In this document: positions 20,966-30,697 of the stretch, in pieces
Layout: the number at the start of each line of letters is the position of its first letter
Position numbering within the stretch: the first letter of the stretch is position 1
NCBI GenBank assembly: GCA_046483985.1
Contig: JAWOCD010000039.1
Location: 32,001-96,000 of the forward strand
Direction of reading: 5' to 3'
DNA from: Promethearchaeia archaeon
GTDB lineage: Archaea; Asgardarchaeota; Lokiarchaeia; Sigyniarchaeales; SOKP01
Length of the DNA: 64,000 bases
The notes under the pieces: generated by a model
Databases searched by the model: none
The model's input: only the letters and a program-made list of their open reading frames with translations
Told to the model about the DNA's origin: nothing
Made by a program: the position numbers and the translations under genes

Positions 20966-21143
20966 AAAGATTTCACGTAATTTAAATTATAGTTAGATTA
21001 AGCTTTCTTTTTTTCTCAATTTAAATTTTTATCTTTCCAAAACTTTTTCAGAATTTCTATATAATTAAGAATATCTATTTAAGATTAGACATAGAGCTTT
21101 AATTGATAAGATTAGCAATTGAAAGTACAATTCATGATTTTCT

Positions 21144-22565
21144 ATGACAGAACGGATTGAAACAGAAAAAGATGAAATGCTCGAGAAAGAAGAATTACGG
21201 ACCTTGGAAGGAGCACAGCTTGTAGGGTATAGCTCTGGTGTCCTAGGCCAAATCATCCCGGCAACGCTTATAAATTCTTATATTTTTATTTTCTTTACAT
21301 ACGTTGTGGGTCTTAATGCTTTATTAACTTCCATAGGCACCGCTTTAGCGGCGGTTGCGAATGCCCTTGGTGCCCCCATTTTTGGGTATCTAATTGACAA
21401 AAAGGAACCAGGAAAATTCGGAAAACGCAGACCTTTTTTATTGCTTTGTTTGCCATTTATATGTATTTCTTTAATCTTGCTTTGGTATAGTCCTCTAGCA
21501 GAGACATTTGCAGCAATGAATTGGGGAATAGCAATATATCTTTGGGTTTTATTAATTGTTTTCTTCGCCAGTTATGCCATGCTACGTTCCTCTTATATGT
21601 CAATGCAGCCGGAGCAAAGCCAAGTGGAGGAAAATAGAATTAAAATTGGCTCTATGATCGGTATATTCAGTTTAATTGGAACCGTATTGGGCATATTCCT
21701 TCCGTTGATTCTACAGAGTCAACTTGAGAATCCCAATAATATTTTTAGTACCCCGGCGGATAGGAAATTTTTGTTAAATGCATTACCATTTCTTGGTTGG
21801 TTTTTTGCATTTTTAGCAATAATTTTCACGTTAGGAGCTTTTTTTTCGACAAACGAAGATTTTTTGCACGATATGCCCAAGAGTGAAATATCTCAATCTC
21901 AAACCTCTTTTAAAGATGTCATATTGAATATTGGTCGTCCCTTTCAAGATAGAAACTTCTGCTTCTTTTTGTTAAGTATTTTACTGAGTTCTGTCGGGGT
22001 CCGGTTGCTTTTAAAGGATTTGACCTTATACTTGACTTTCGTGCTCTATTTAAAGGAGTCTAGGTTTATAACTTTTATTTTGCCAATGGTCTTATTTGCG
22101 GTTTTAGGCTTTATTGTCTGGTCAAAAAGAGCCCAAGATAAAGGGATTAAGTCAGCTTATTTGAACGCACAATGGTTAGTAGTACTTGCCTTATTTTTAA
22201 CAACATTTCTATTGATTGATGTTTCTCAAATGCTGCTCCTTTGGCTGGCTCGCATTTTCTTGGCAATTCTATTGTTTGGTTTAGTGGTCGGTTTTATACT
22301 TCCCACCCCAGCGATAAGTGAATTGGTAGACGAAGCTCCCGAGAATATATTAACAAAAATGAAAGCAGATTCCTTATCTGGATCATACTTTGGCACATAT
22401 TTTTTTATTATTAATGTGGGCTTTGCATTGGGTGATTTGATTTTGGGAGCGATTTTATTCGGACCACGGGCAGAAAATCGCATAGCAGTTGGCCTGATTC
22501 TTCCTATCGCTGGATTTCTCTATTTGGGTGCTAATTTACTCTTTCGCAAAATTAAGTTCAAATAA
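21144..22565 (+). CDS. MFS transporter, GPH (glycoside-pentoside-hexuronide) family
   Basis: PIFGYLID...KFGKRRPFLL signature, about 12 TM helices. Confidence 0.85.
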   Translation: MTERIETEKDEMLEKEELRTLEGAQLVGYSSGVLGQIIPATLINSYIFIFFTYVVGLNALLTSIGTALAAVANALGAPIFGYLIDKKEPGKFGKRRPFLLLCLPFICISLILLWYSPLAETFAAMNWGIAIYLWVLLIVFFASYAMLRSSYMSMQPEQSQVEENRIKIGSMIGIFSLIGTVLGIFLPLILQSQLENPNNIFSTPADRKFLLNALPFLGWFFAFLAIIFTLGAFFSTNEDFLHDMPKSEISQSQTSFKDVILNIGRPFQDRNFCFFLLSILLSSVGVRLLLKDLTLYLTFVLYLKESRFITFILPMVLFAVLGFIVWSKRAQDKGIKSAYLNAQWLVVLALFLTTFLLIDVSQMLLLWLARIFLAILLFGLVVGFILPTPAISELVDEAPENILTKMKADSLSGSYFGTYFFIINVGFALGDLILGAILFGPRAENRIAVGLILPIAGFLYLGANLLFRKIKFK

Positions 22566-22582
22566 AGTTTGCACGATATACT

Positions 22583-23761
22583 ATGAGAGTTATATCGAAA
22601 GTAAAGGACGGATTAATCTCGCCCTATATTCTCGCTTTCATCGGCGATCTCAATCTTTCTATGATGCAAGTACTAACTATACTTTATGGGGTGATTTTAG
22701 GCGCCTTCCCGTGGCAAAATGGCTTTATTGGAGGGGGATATGGACTCTCTTATTTAATAATGGCCGCTCTTTTGGGACGATTGGGAGATAAAATAAAACG
22801 AAAAAATAGTCTTCTTCTTGCTTTAATTAGTCAACTATTGATATCGCTTTATTATATCTTCATAGCATCTACTATAATTGAATTAATTCTCGGTCAAATT
22901 GCCTTAGGATGTGCCTATGGTTTTTTTTGGCCTTCTCTTGAAGCATATATCTCGGAAAGATCTACAGAGTCTCCCGTGGTACATCAAAAAGCAATCTCTA
23001 ATTTTTGCATTTTTTGGTCTATTGGATATACCTTGGGCCCCTTCCTTGCGGGATTTCTTTCGGATTTTAACGTGGAGATTGGATTTATTATGATTTTTCT
23101 ATTTTATCTTACAGCTTTCATTATTTTATTACTTTTTATCCCCTCCGAGAAAAATAATTTGAATCTCTTAGCAAAAAGCCATGAAGGCGAGATTTTCGAT
23201 GGAAAAAAGAAAGCATTTTCGGATAGTAATCTTGTTATCAAACTTCTAATCGGAATGCTTATTTATGCTATGTTGGGAAAACTCGTATTGAATTATTTTG
23301 CAGATTATGCATCTCGACCGTTGGGTCTTGGCTTAAAAGGAGCAATTGTAGGGGTTTTATTATTTTCATTTGGCATTGGGAGAACATTCTACTTTATTTT
23401 AAGCAGGTATGTGAACTCTTCCTTAAAAAGGCTTAATGTAGCCTATTTAGTAATTTCCCTTTTATTAATTTTCTTGGCGTTTGTGGATGTAGTTGGAATA
23501 ATTTTTGTAATTATACTCATTTTTGGAGTTTGTGCTGGGTTAATATATAAATCTTCTTTAGAGATCCTGTTGGTCTCCGAAGAAGAAAAAAAAGCTACGA
23601 AAGCGGGGCTTTTTGAAAGCATGATCGGTATTGGCAGTGGGCTTTCCCCTATTATTGCCGGTTATTTGGCAGAAATAGCTCTTATTTTTCCCTTTTTCAT
23701 TTTTGGTATAGTAGCTTCCTTAATTTTTTTCATTAACTTGTTTTTTAAGAACTTTCGATAG
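22583..23761 (+). CDS. MFS transporter
   Basis: GRLGDKIKRK motif A, about 12 TM helices. Confidence 0.85.
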   Translation: MRVISKVKDGLISPYILAFIGDLNLSMMQVLTILYGVILGAFPWQNGFIGGGYGLSYLIMAALLGRLGDKIKRKNSLLLALISQLLISLYYIFIASTIIELILGQIALGCAYGFFWPSLEAYISERSTESPVVHQKAISNFCIFWSIGYTLGPFLAGFLSDFNVEIGFIMIFLFYLTAFIILLLFIPSEKNNLNLLAKSHEGEIFDGKKKAFSDSNLVIKLLIGMLIYAMLGKLVLNYFADYASRPLGLGLKGAIVGVLLFSFGIGRTFYFILSRYVNSSLKRLNVAYLVISLLLIFLAFVDVVGIIFVIILIFGVCAGLIYKSSLEILLVSEEEKKATKAGLFESMIGIGSGLSPIIAGYLAEIALIFPFFIFGIVASLIFFINLFFKNFR

Positions 23762-23917
23762 ATCAAGTCCAAAATTAATTTTTAGTTATATAAAATATAC
23801 CTAAAATTTCTCTAAAAGATTGATGAAAAGATATAAATAAGAAAGTTAGTTTTTTTTATGTAGTTATTTTAATCTTTTTTAAAGAAATCATAATGTTTAT
23901 TGGGGGCTTCTAAGTAT

Positions 23918-24568
23918 ATGTTAATCAAATTGCTTTATTGGGGCATGGTATCATCAGGAAAAACTACTGCGGTAGATACGCTTTATAATCTCACAAAAGA
24001 GGAGGAGGGAAAAGACATGTTTCCCGTTAGTGACCTAACAAAAATTTCAATGAAAAGTGGAGCAACACTTTATTTCGATCGTGGAGTTTTTCAATCACAT
24101 AAATTGGACAAATTAAAGTTTCATATTTATACTGTTGCTGGACAAAAGCAATTCTCCCCTTTGCGCCATAGAGTCTTTAAAGGAACAGAGGGAGTTATTT
24201 ATATGGTTGATTCTCAAGTCCAAAAGTTTGAAGATAATATTGAGGCTTTGTTAGAATTAAAACGGGTCTCTAAAGGAAGACTTATTAAAGAAATACCGCT
24301 TGTGGTAATGTTAAACAAGCAAGACTTAGATGACGTAATAGAAAAACGCAATATTAGACATATCCTAAAAGAAGAGGGTTTATGGTACGAGCCAGATGAT
24401 CCCCTTGCCACCTGGAATCCCCCAATCTATGAGACATGCGCTCTTTTTGATAAACGAAAAAATATTTACCGAAGTTTTTCGGACCTCGCTCGACGTACTT
24501 ACCTTTACAAAACCTATGGAGAAGGAAAAGCCCCTACTAAAAAACCTAAAAAACCAATTATAGAATGA
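23918..24568 (+). CDS. MglA/Arf-like small GTPase
   Basis: G1 GMVSSGKTT, switch I TLYFD, G3 TVAGQ, G4 NKQD, G5 TCA. Start 23918 (track 23900). Confidence 0.88.
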   Translation: MLIKLLYWGMVSSGKTTAVDTLYNLTKEEEGKDMFPVSDLTKISMKSGATLYFDRGVFQSHKLDKLKFHIYTVAGQKQFSPLRHRVFKGTEGVIYMVDSQVQKFEDNIEALLELKRVSKGRLIKEIPLVVMLNKQDLDDVIEKRNIRHILKEEGLWYEPDDPLATWNPPIYETCALFDKRKNIYRSFSDLARRTYLYKTYGEGKAPTKKPKKPIIE

Positions 24569-24651
24569 ATCCTTTCCATATCGGCAGAAAAAAATCCGTT
24601 TGTAAAATGTTTTTTTGAAATTTTATATATTTCTTTCTTTAAATTTAATAT

Positions 24652-26295
24652 ATGCGTATACGAACGCGAGATAATCTTAAAAAGAAGAATATCGCAATTA
24701 CTTGTCTGTTTTTACTTCCAATAATCGGTTTCGGAAGTTATGCGGGAATGGTTCTAACGATAGTTACAGATATTTCCTCTTACTCCCGAGATGATATGAA
24801 AGAACCCGATACGGATTTTTTTTTTGAAAAAGATGTAATTGACGAGGATATTTTAGAAGATTTAGTCCATCATTATGACTGGCAATTGGAAAAATATCAT
24901 ATGCCGGCAAATATCTCCGTAAATGCACATTTTGAAAGTCAAGCCTACAAAAATGTAACAAATTATGAGGGAACTGATAATGGGCAACTCCATATTGCAT
25001 ATTCCATAGCGGCAAATTGTTTACGATTTAAATGGGCTATGGAAAATAATAGGAATGATCTGATTGAGAATGCCACCCGCGTGTTAACAAAATTGGTAAC
25101 AGCCTTGAAAAACACCTTAGCCGCGCCGAATGGGGGTTTCGGAAAAAAGCCTGGAACAGATGAATATTATCCGGGTACATTGGCTCGATTTGTAGTACCT
25201 CCAGGATATCAAGATATTCATCCCTTTATGTATACTGATCACGTTCGCCATTTTAACGGCACTGGAGAATATAAAAACTGGAGAGTTCGATTAAAAACAT
25301 CCCGGGACGAATTAGGAGGCTTCTATTTATCGACCGCCAGTGTGTTAAACTTTATTATGCCTTATTCTGACTATAATGATGAATGTGAATGGATAGTGGA
25401 AACGGTAAAAACAGCAGTGGCTCAACTCATTGAAGGATTTCGAGATACCAATTGGCTTCTTTTGGGTGGGCATGGTGAACCTGTAGGGTCAGATATTAAT
25501 CCAGTCTTGGAAGGCAGTACATGGCAGTTAGCGTTATTACGAATAGGGGCAACAGCCTATCCAGAGCGGTATGAATCGCTTTATAATTATGTTGCTGCTA
25601 AGATACTGAGTATGGGAGGGGCAAATATGGGATCTGTGCATAATACCGTAGAGGGATACTATGCTTTTTCTTTCGGTTTAGATGTGATGCTCTCTCTCAT
25701 CTGGTTAGAAGACGATGCTCGACTTCGGTATCATTATATTTCGAATTATGAGAACAACTTTTATCCAATTGTACGCTATCATCGGAACAATTTCTTTAAC
25801 ATCGCTCATCTTATCTTCATGAAAATGTTGGATGAGGATCGAGCTGCAGAGTTTCAGAATCCTGACTACGAAGATGAAACTATACTGTGGGACTTTAAGG
25901 ATCAATTATGGCGATTTTACTCAAGTGGTTGGGCAGACGGAATAAGAAATTATAACCTCACCCAAAGACCGCATTCTACTCGTGCGACCAGTACCCATCC
26001 GAAGCTTAGAGAAAAGGTAAGAGATCCTGCAAAAAAGAAATGGCGAGAATTCTTTGAAACCAGTACTTTCGGGGAATTATTCTCTTGGATTGAGGTGGAG
26101 TTTGATTTTGACCAGGAATCTGAAAATTATATATTACCTCTTCGTGTAAGTGAATACGGAGTCCACCATTGGCTCTGGGAACATAATAAACTTGATGACG
26201 AAGGGGGAACACCTAACGGAGATGGATTAACGCAAGCTGCGCCAAACACCTATATATGCACCTATTGGATGGCAAAAGCGTACGGTCTTCTCTAA
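24652..26295 (+). CDS. Uncharacterised membrane-anchored protein, paralogue 3
   Basis: 547 aa, MRIRTRDNL start plus TM; shares GKKPGTDE.YPG and HVRH.NGTGEYKNWR.RLKTSRDE with 14206. Confidence 0.85.
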   Translation: MRIRTRDNLKKKNIAITCLFLLPIIGFGSYAGMVLTIVTDISSYSRDDMKEPDTDFFFEKDVIDEDILEDLVHHYDWQLEKYHMPANISVNAHFESQAYKNVTNYEGTDNGQLHIAYSIAANCLRFKWAMENNRNDLIENATRVLTKLVTALKNTLAAPNGGFGKKPGTDEYYPGTLARFVVPPGYQDIHPFMYTDHVRHFNGTGEYKNWRVRLKTSRDELGGFYLSTASVLNFIMPYSDYNDECEWIVETVKTAVAQLIEGFRDTNWLLLGGHGEPVGSDINPVLEGSTWQLALLRIGATAYPERYESLYNYVAAKILSMGGANMGSVHNTVEGYYAFSFGLDVMLSLIWLEDDARLRYHYISNYENNFYPIVRYHRNNFFNIAHLIFMKMLDEDRAAEFQNPDYEDETILWDFKDQLWRFYSSGWADGIRNYNLTQRPHSTRATSTHPKLREKVRDPAKKKWREFFETSTFGELFSWIEVEFDFDQESENYILPLRVSEYGVHHWLWEHNKLDDEGGTPNGDGLTQAAPNTYICTYWMAKAYGLL

Positions 26296-26531
26296 TTTTT
26301 CTCCTTTTTTTCTTTTATACTTTTAAATATGATATGGCTCCTATTTTCTCTCAATTTTAGACCAAAATCTTTTTTGTATGGATGCCTATTTTTGAATACC
26401 TTAAATACCTTAAATTATCGGAAAATACCTTATCCTTTAAAAATGAACTGGATGAAAGGAATAGTATTCAATTTATAGCGTTTTTGAATTTCTCAAATAT
26501 ATTAAAAAAAGAAAATTTGGAAAAATCTCTC

Positions 26532-28052
26532 TTAGAGTGTACAGTTCATATAGACAGGGTAATGATCACTGTAGGTTCGGTATCCATCGTAAGAATCCTT
26601 CGGAATCTGGCATTCGGTTACATTAATATGTTCGGATATGAAAATAAAGTCTATTCGACTTTTATCTTCTGGGTCTTTTCGTACGTCCCAATCATTTGGG
26701 GACGTAGTATCATACGGCAAATAACCCAATTTACTCTCTTTATATTCCCTATACCCGTCTCGCATCGGTTTTTTATCGCCGGGATTTTCATAATTCTCTA
26801 AGATATCAAAAGATTGACTGTCATTATGCATATTAAAATCACCCATGAGAATCGTTGGTAATCCTCCACTTAGTTCAGTAATTTTTTGGCTTACCAAAAT
26901 TGACGCTTTATTTTGCCAATCATCCGAAAAATCGTAATGGGTATTAAATACGAAAAACTCCTCGCCTTTGCTCTGACCCACTTTGACCTTCAATCGAACC
27001 CATGTAACAACTCTGAAGCAACTCCCTTCCCAGGTATTGGTCGGATAATGCGGAATCTCGGAAAGCCAGAAGGTATCTCCGTCAAGATATTCAAACTTAT
27101 TATTATCGAAAAAGATGGCGCATGCCTCTCCTCCATGCACACCATTATCTCTCCCTTTTCCGGTCCATACATAGTCTCTACTTTCTAAATTGCTGTGGAT
27201 ATATTGAATCTGGAAACTTTTAGCCTCTTGAATCCCAAAGACATCCAAATCAAAACCGTCCAAATAACTAACGAACTCATCTTTCCTGTTAACCCATTGA
27301 TTTGCGGGATCATCTTCAATTCCGGCTCGCCGGATATTATAGGTCATTATTTTCAGATCTGTGATCTCTGAGCTTGTTGGACTTTCTGGAGCGGGCTGGT
27401 GCGTGTTAGGGGTCAACGAAATAATGAAAATGCTTCCGAATAAAATAAAGAACGTCAGTATCGTCACTTTTAGGAGTATTTTAGATCGTGAACTCAATTT
27501 TGGAGGCATCTCGAATATCCCAATGTTTTTATATTTCTTGACTAAAAATATCACCACACCTCCAACTGCTGCAATTTGTAGGGTCCAGCCATAGATCCAC
27601 CATCCCAAGAGAAATGCAAAAAGGAGACCGCCAATCGAATAGAGAACTAAAAGGAATATCTTGAAAAGCAAAAACACCAATATTCCGCTTCTTAGGAGTG
27701 TGGAAGGTTTTATCATTTTCTTCTCTTTGGATTTCTTAATCCCCATTGATTTCCTAACTTTAAGGAGATAGGAGATCGACAACAATACAGAAGCAATTAA
27801 GATCATTCCAAGAATAAAAGTATTAAAGAGACCCGCTATATAAATTAAAATAAGTGGTAAGACTCTTTTTTTCAAGGGCATCTCTACGGTGTTCACATAT
27901 CGATTATATAAGAACCGACTAACCAAAAAGGTACCCAATTCCAAACTTATGAGTATTAAATTAAACAGAATAAACAATCCTTGAGGGAGAAAAAAAGAAA
28001 CTAAAGCATCTTGTAAAGATGGAACAATTGCACCAAATATATCTTTTAACAT
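26532..28052 (-). CDS. Endonuclease/exonuclease/phosphatase family protein with N-terminal multi-TM region
   Basis: MTYNIR, GIQE, NTH, MGDFN, RIDFIF, SDHYPV motifs. Confidence 0.88.
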   Translation of the reverse strand: MLKDIFGAIVPSLQDALVSFFLPQGLFILFNLILISLELGTFLVSRFLYNRYVNTVEMPLKKRVLPLILIYIAGLFNTFILGMILIASVLLSISYLLKVRKSMGIKKSKEKKMIKPSTLLRSGILVFLLFKIFLLVLYSIGGLLFAFLLGWWIYGWTLQIAAVGGVVIFLVKKYKNIGIFEMPPKLSSRSKILLKVTILTFFILFGSIFIISLTPNTHQPAPESPTSSEITDLKIMTYNIRRAGIEDDPANQWVNRKDEFVSYLDGFDLDVFGIQEAKSFQIQYIHSNLESRDYVWTGKGRDNGVHGGEACAIFFDNNKFEYLDGDTFWLSEIPHYPTNTWEGSCFRVVTWVRLKVKVGQSKGEEFFVFNTHYDFSDDWQNKASILVSQKITELSGGLPTILMGDFNMHNDSQSFDILENYENPGDKKPMRDGYREYKESKLGYLPYDTTSPNDWDVRKDPEDKSRIDFIFISEHINVTECQIPKDSYDGYRTYSDHYPVYMNCTL

Positions 28053-28147
28053 CTATAAAATCACATTATAAAATTATAATTAATAAGTTTTAAAATTATT
28101 ATTAATTTTCGCGAAATAATATTTATCTTTAGAACTTTTTGATTATT

Positions 28148-28786
28148 ATGGAAAAAATCTTACAAAAATTGAAGAAAAATCCGCTTATTGCGGTCGTGGC
28201 AATTCCTTCCCCTCATCTTGCAGTACCACTTTCAGCTGCCTTATTGCGTGGAGGAGTCAACTGTATTGAAATCACATTCCGAAATGAAAACGCCGCAGAG
28301 GCTCTATATAATATAAGAGATGCCGGAAAAGAAATTATTGTTGGTGCGGGAACCGTACGGACAAAAGAAGATGCTCAAAATGCCATAGACGCTAATGTTG
28401 ATTTTATGGTAAGTCCTGGTTTAAATAAGTCGGTGATTAAATATGTACAAAATAACTCGCCCCTCCCATTTTTTCCAGGTGTGGACTCTACCCTCGGTAT
28501 TGAAACGGCATATAAACTTGGCATAAAAACGCTCAAATATTTTCCAGCAAGCGTTGTTGGTGGCGTTAAATGGCTTAAATCAATGAAAGGTCCGTATTAT
28601 GATATTAATTTTATGCCAACTGGCGGGGTGGGTTTAGATAATTTGGAGGACTATTTACGACTTCCGAATGTACTTGCTTGTGGTGGTTCCTTTTTAGCAC
28701 GCTCTCATCTTATTATAGATGAAAACTGGGCAGAAATTACCCAGACTGCAAAAAAGGCTGTGGAAATTGTGAATAGACTAAGATAG
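28148..28786 (+). CDS. eda: KDPG/KHG aldolase (bacterial Eda type)
   Basis: IEITFR, VGAGTV, VSPG, LKYFPA, MPTGGV motifs. Confidence 0.92.
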   Translation: MEKILQKLKKNPLIAVVAIPSPHLAVPLSAALLRGGVNCIEITFRNENAAEALYNIRDAGKEIIVGAGTVRTKEDAQNAIDANVDFMVSPGLNKSVIKYVQNNSPLPFFPGVDSTLGIETAYKLGIKTLKYFPASVVGGVKWLKSMKGPYYDINFMPTGGVGLDNLEDYLRLPNVLACGGSFLARSHLIIDENWAEITQTAKKAVEIVNRLR

Positions 28787-28849
28787 AACAAATACTTAGA
28801 GTTAAAATGAATCAAAAATATAATTAAATATAACAGATGTGAATAAAAA

Positions 28850-29887
28850 ATGCCAGATGTAATTGTCACCTTAGGAGAATTATTATTACGACTTAAATCA
28901 CCCGATAGGGAGAGATTTTTTCAGCGTCCTTTATTGGAAGCAACCTTTGGGGGATCAGAGGCAAATGTAGCCATTTCATTAGCTAATTATGGGGTTAACG
29001 CACGATTTGTTACAGCCTTGCCTGATAACCTTATTGGAGATGCAGCGCTCAGATTTGTGAGGTCTATGAACGTGGATACGTCTCAAATCTTGAGACAAGG
29101 TCCCAGAGTTGGAATTTACTATTTGGAAGCTGGTTCCGGTCCTAGAGCCTCTAATGTGATCTATGATAGGGCCCATTCCTCTATTTCTGAGGCGAAACCA
29201 GAAGATTTTGACTGGGATAAAGTGTTCCAGAATGCTTCATGGTTTCATATTAGCGGAATTACCCCAGCCTTATCTCAGAATGCCGCAGATCTTTCAATTG
29301 CAGCAATTAAAGAAGCAAAAGAAAGGGGATTGACCGTCTCAAGCGATCTCAATTATCGAAGTAAATTATGGAAATATGGGAAGAACGCACCCGAAATAAT
29401 GACTCAGATGATTGAATATATTGATGTAGTAATTGGGAATGAGGAAGATGTACAAAAATGTCTGGGTCTTGAATTAGGGCAAGATATAGTGGGAACTGAA
29501 CTCTCTCATGATAAATACGAGAATTTAGCGGAAAAAGTGGTTACTAAGTATCCAAATGTCAAATACGTGGGGACAAGTTTAAGGGAAGCCCATTCGGCGG
29601 ATTATAATGAATGGAGTGCTATGCTCTATCCTCAAAAGTTGGGAAAAGCATTATTTTCAGAAAAATATCAACTCACCGATATAGTTGACAGAGTAGGTGG
29701 TGGAGATTCCTTTGGTGCCGCTTTAATCTATGGATTATTCAAGGAGATGGAGGATCAAGAGGCTTTAGAGTTTGCCGTGGCCGCATCAGCACTTAAACAT
29801 ACGATTCCTGGGGATGTAAATCGAGTTTCGTTAGAAGAAGTGGAAAAGCTTTTGGAAAGCCACGGTTCTGGAAGGATTGAACGCTAA
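28850..29887 (+). CDS. kdgK: 2-keto-3-deoxygluconate kinase (PfkB family)
   Basis: LGELLLRL, GGSEANVA, YDRAHS, ISGITPA, DLNYR.KLW, DRVGGGDSF; adjacent to eda. Confidence 0.9.
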   Translation: MPDVIVTLGELLLRLKSPDRERFFQRPLLEATFGGSEANVAISLANYGVNARFVTALPDNLIGDAALRFVRSMNVDTSQILRQGPRVGIYYLEAGSGPRASNVIYDRAHSSISEAKPEDFDWDKVFQNASWFHISGITPALSQNAADLSIAAIKEAKERGLTVSSDLNYRSKLWKYGKNAPEIMTQMIEYIDVVIGNEEDVQKCLGLELGQDIVGTELSHDKYENLAEKVVTKYPNVKYVGTSLREAHSADYNEWSAMLYPQKLGKALFSEKYQLTDIVDRVGGGDSFGAALIYGLFKEMEDQEALEFAVAASALKHTIPGDVNRVSLEEVEKLLESHGSGRIER

Positions 29888-29913
29888 AAAATTTTTAAAT
29901 TTGATTATTTTTC

Positions 29914-30471
29914 TTATTTTTCACTTTTTAGATAAAAATAGGTATAAATGGGCTTCTTTTTGGTCTGATGTTTAAGCTTATATTTTTGAGTAAGCAATGA
30001 TTTACAGATAGTAAGAGGATATTTATGTGCAATAAGTATTGCTCCTTTCTTAGCAGTTTTTAAGATATGTGTCATAGACTTCTGCATTGTGGGCAGGGAA
30101 AAGGCATAGATGAAATCATACTTTCTTATGTCATATTCGAACATATCATCGTGTTTGAATTGGATGTAATTGAAATTTCTTTGAGGATACTTCTTTTTAA
30201 TGCGATTAAACGATTCATTTGCTACTTCTATTAAATTATGGTTTATTTCAATTCCCACGGATTTTATATTATAATGGAATCCGACATATAATACAACTCT
30301 TCCATCGCCCGCTCCCAAATCTATAAAGCTCTGGTCAGAATTTTTTTGGAGACCGAAATGATCTTCCAATACGTTGAATATAGGCCTTAAGAACACTTGA
30401 AATGTTTCTTGAAATGGTAGCGCCAGTTGAGAAGTGAATTCCTTAAATTTTTTGTAGTTCTCTTCATCCAT
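29914..30471 (-). CDS. Class I SAM-dependent methyltransferase
   Basis: FIDLGAGDGRV, GIEIN motifs. Confidence 0.85.
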   Translation of the reverse strand: MDEENYKKFKEFTSQLALPFQETFQVFLRPIFNVLEDHFGLQKNSDQSFIDLGAGDGRVVLYVGFHYNIKSVGIEINHNLIEVANESFNRIKKKYPQRNFNYIQFKHDDMFEYDIRKYDFIYAFSLPTMQKSMTHILKTAKKGAILIAHKYPLTICKSLLTQKYKLKHQTKKKPIYTYFYLKSEK

Positions 30472-30511
30472 TTTTCTTGATTTGTTTATATCTTAGGTTT
30501 TTGTTTGAAAA

Positions 30512-30631
30512 TCAATCCGATTCTAAACTATTTAGGTGTTCAGACATGTCTTTATTATTTTCATAAATATTAACGAATTCCTCGAACAATCTATCATAAT
30601 TTTCTCTATTTTCTGGATTTGGCTCAAAAAA
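30512..30631 (-). pseudogene. 3'-end stub of an FGGY-family sugar kinase (xylulokinase-like)
   Basis: FFEPNPENRENYDRLFEEFVNIYENNKDMSEHLN..stop, the typical FGGY C-terminal helix; no upstream body. Confidence 0.65.
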
Positions 30632-30697
30632 TCCCCTCCTCCAATTAAATTTTGTTTATAAGAGAAAAGGAAAGTATTAAAGATTAGATGAGGTGAA

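Noticed and set aside
26395-26432. Short AATACCTTA repeats
   Set aside because: Three short AT-rich copies with irregular spacing; not CRISPR-like and no functional support
26382-26801. 139-aa plus-strand ORF, and many similar short antisense ORFs such as 3277-3687, 14380-14781 and 17893-18369
   Set aside because: They overlap well-supported genes on the opposite strand and have no motifs
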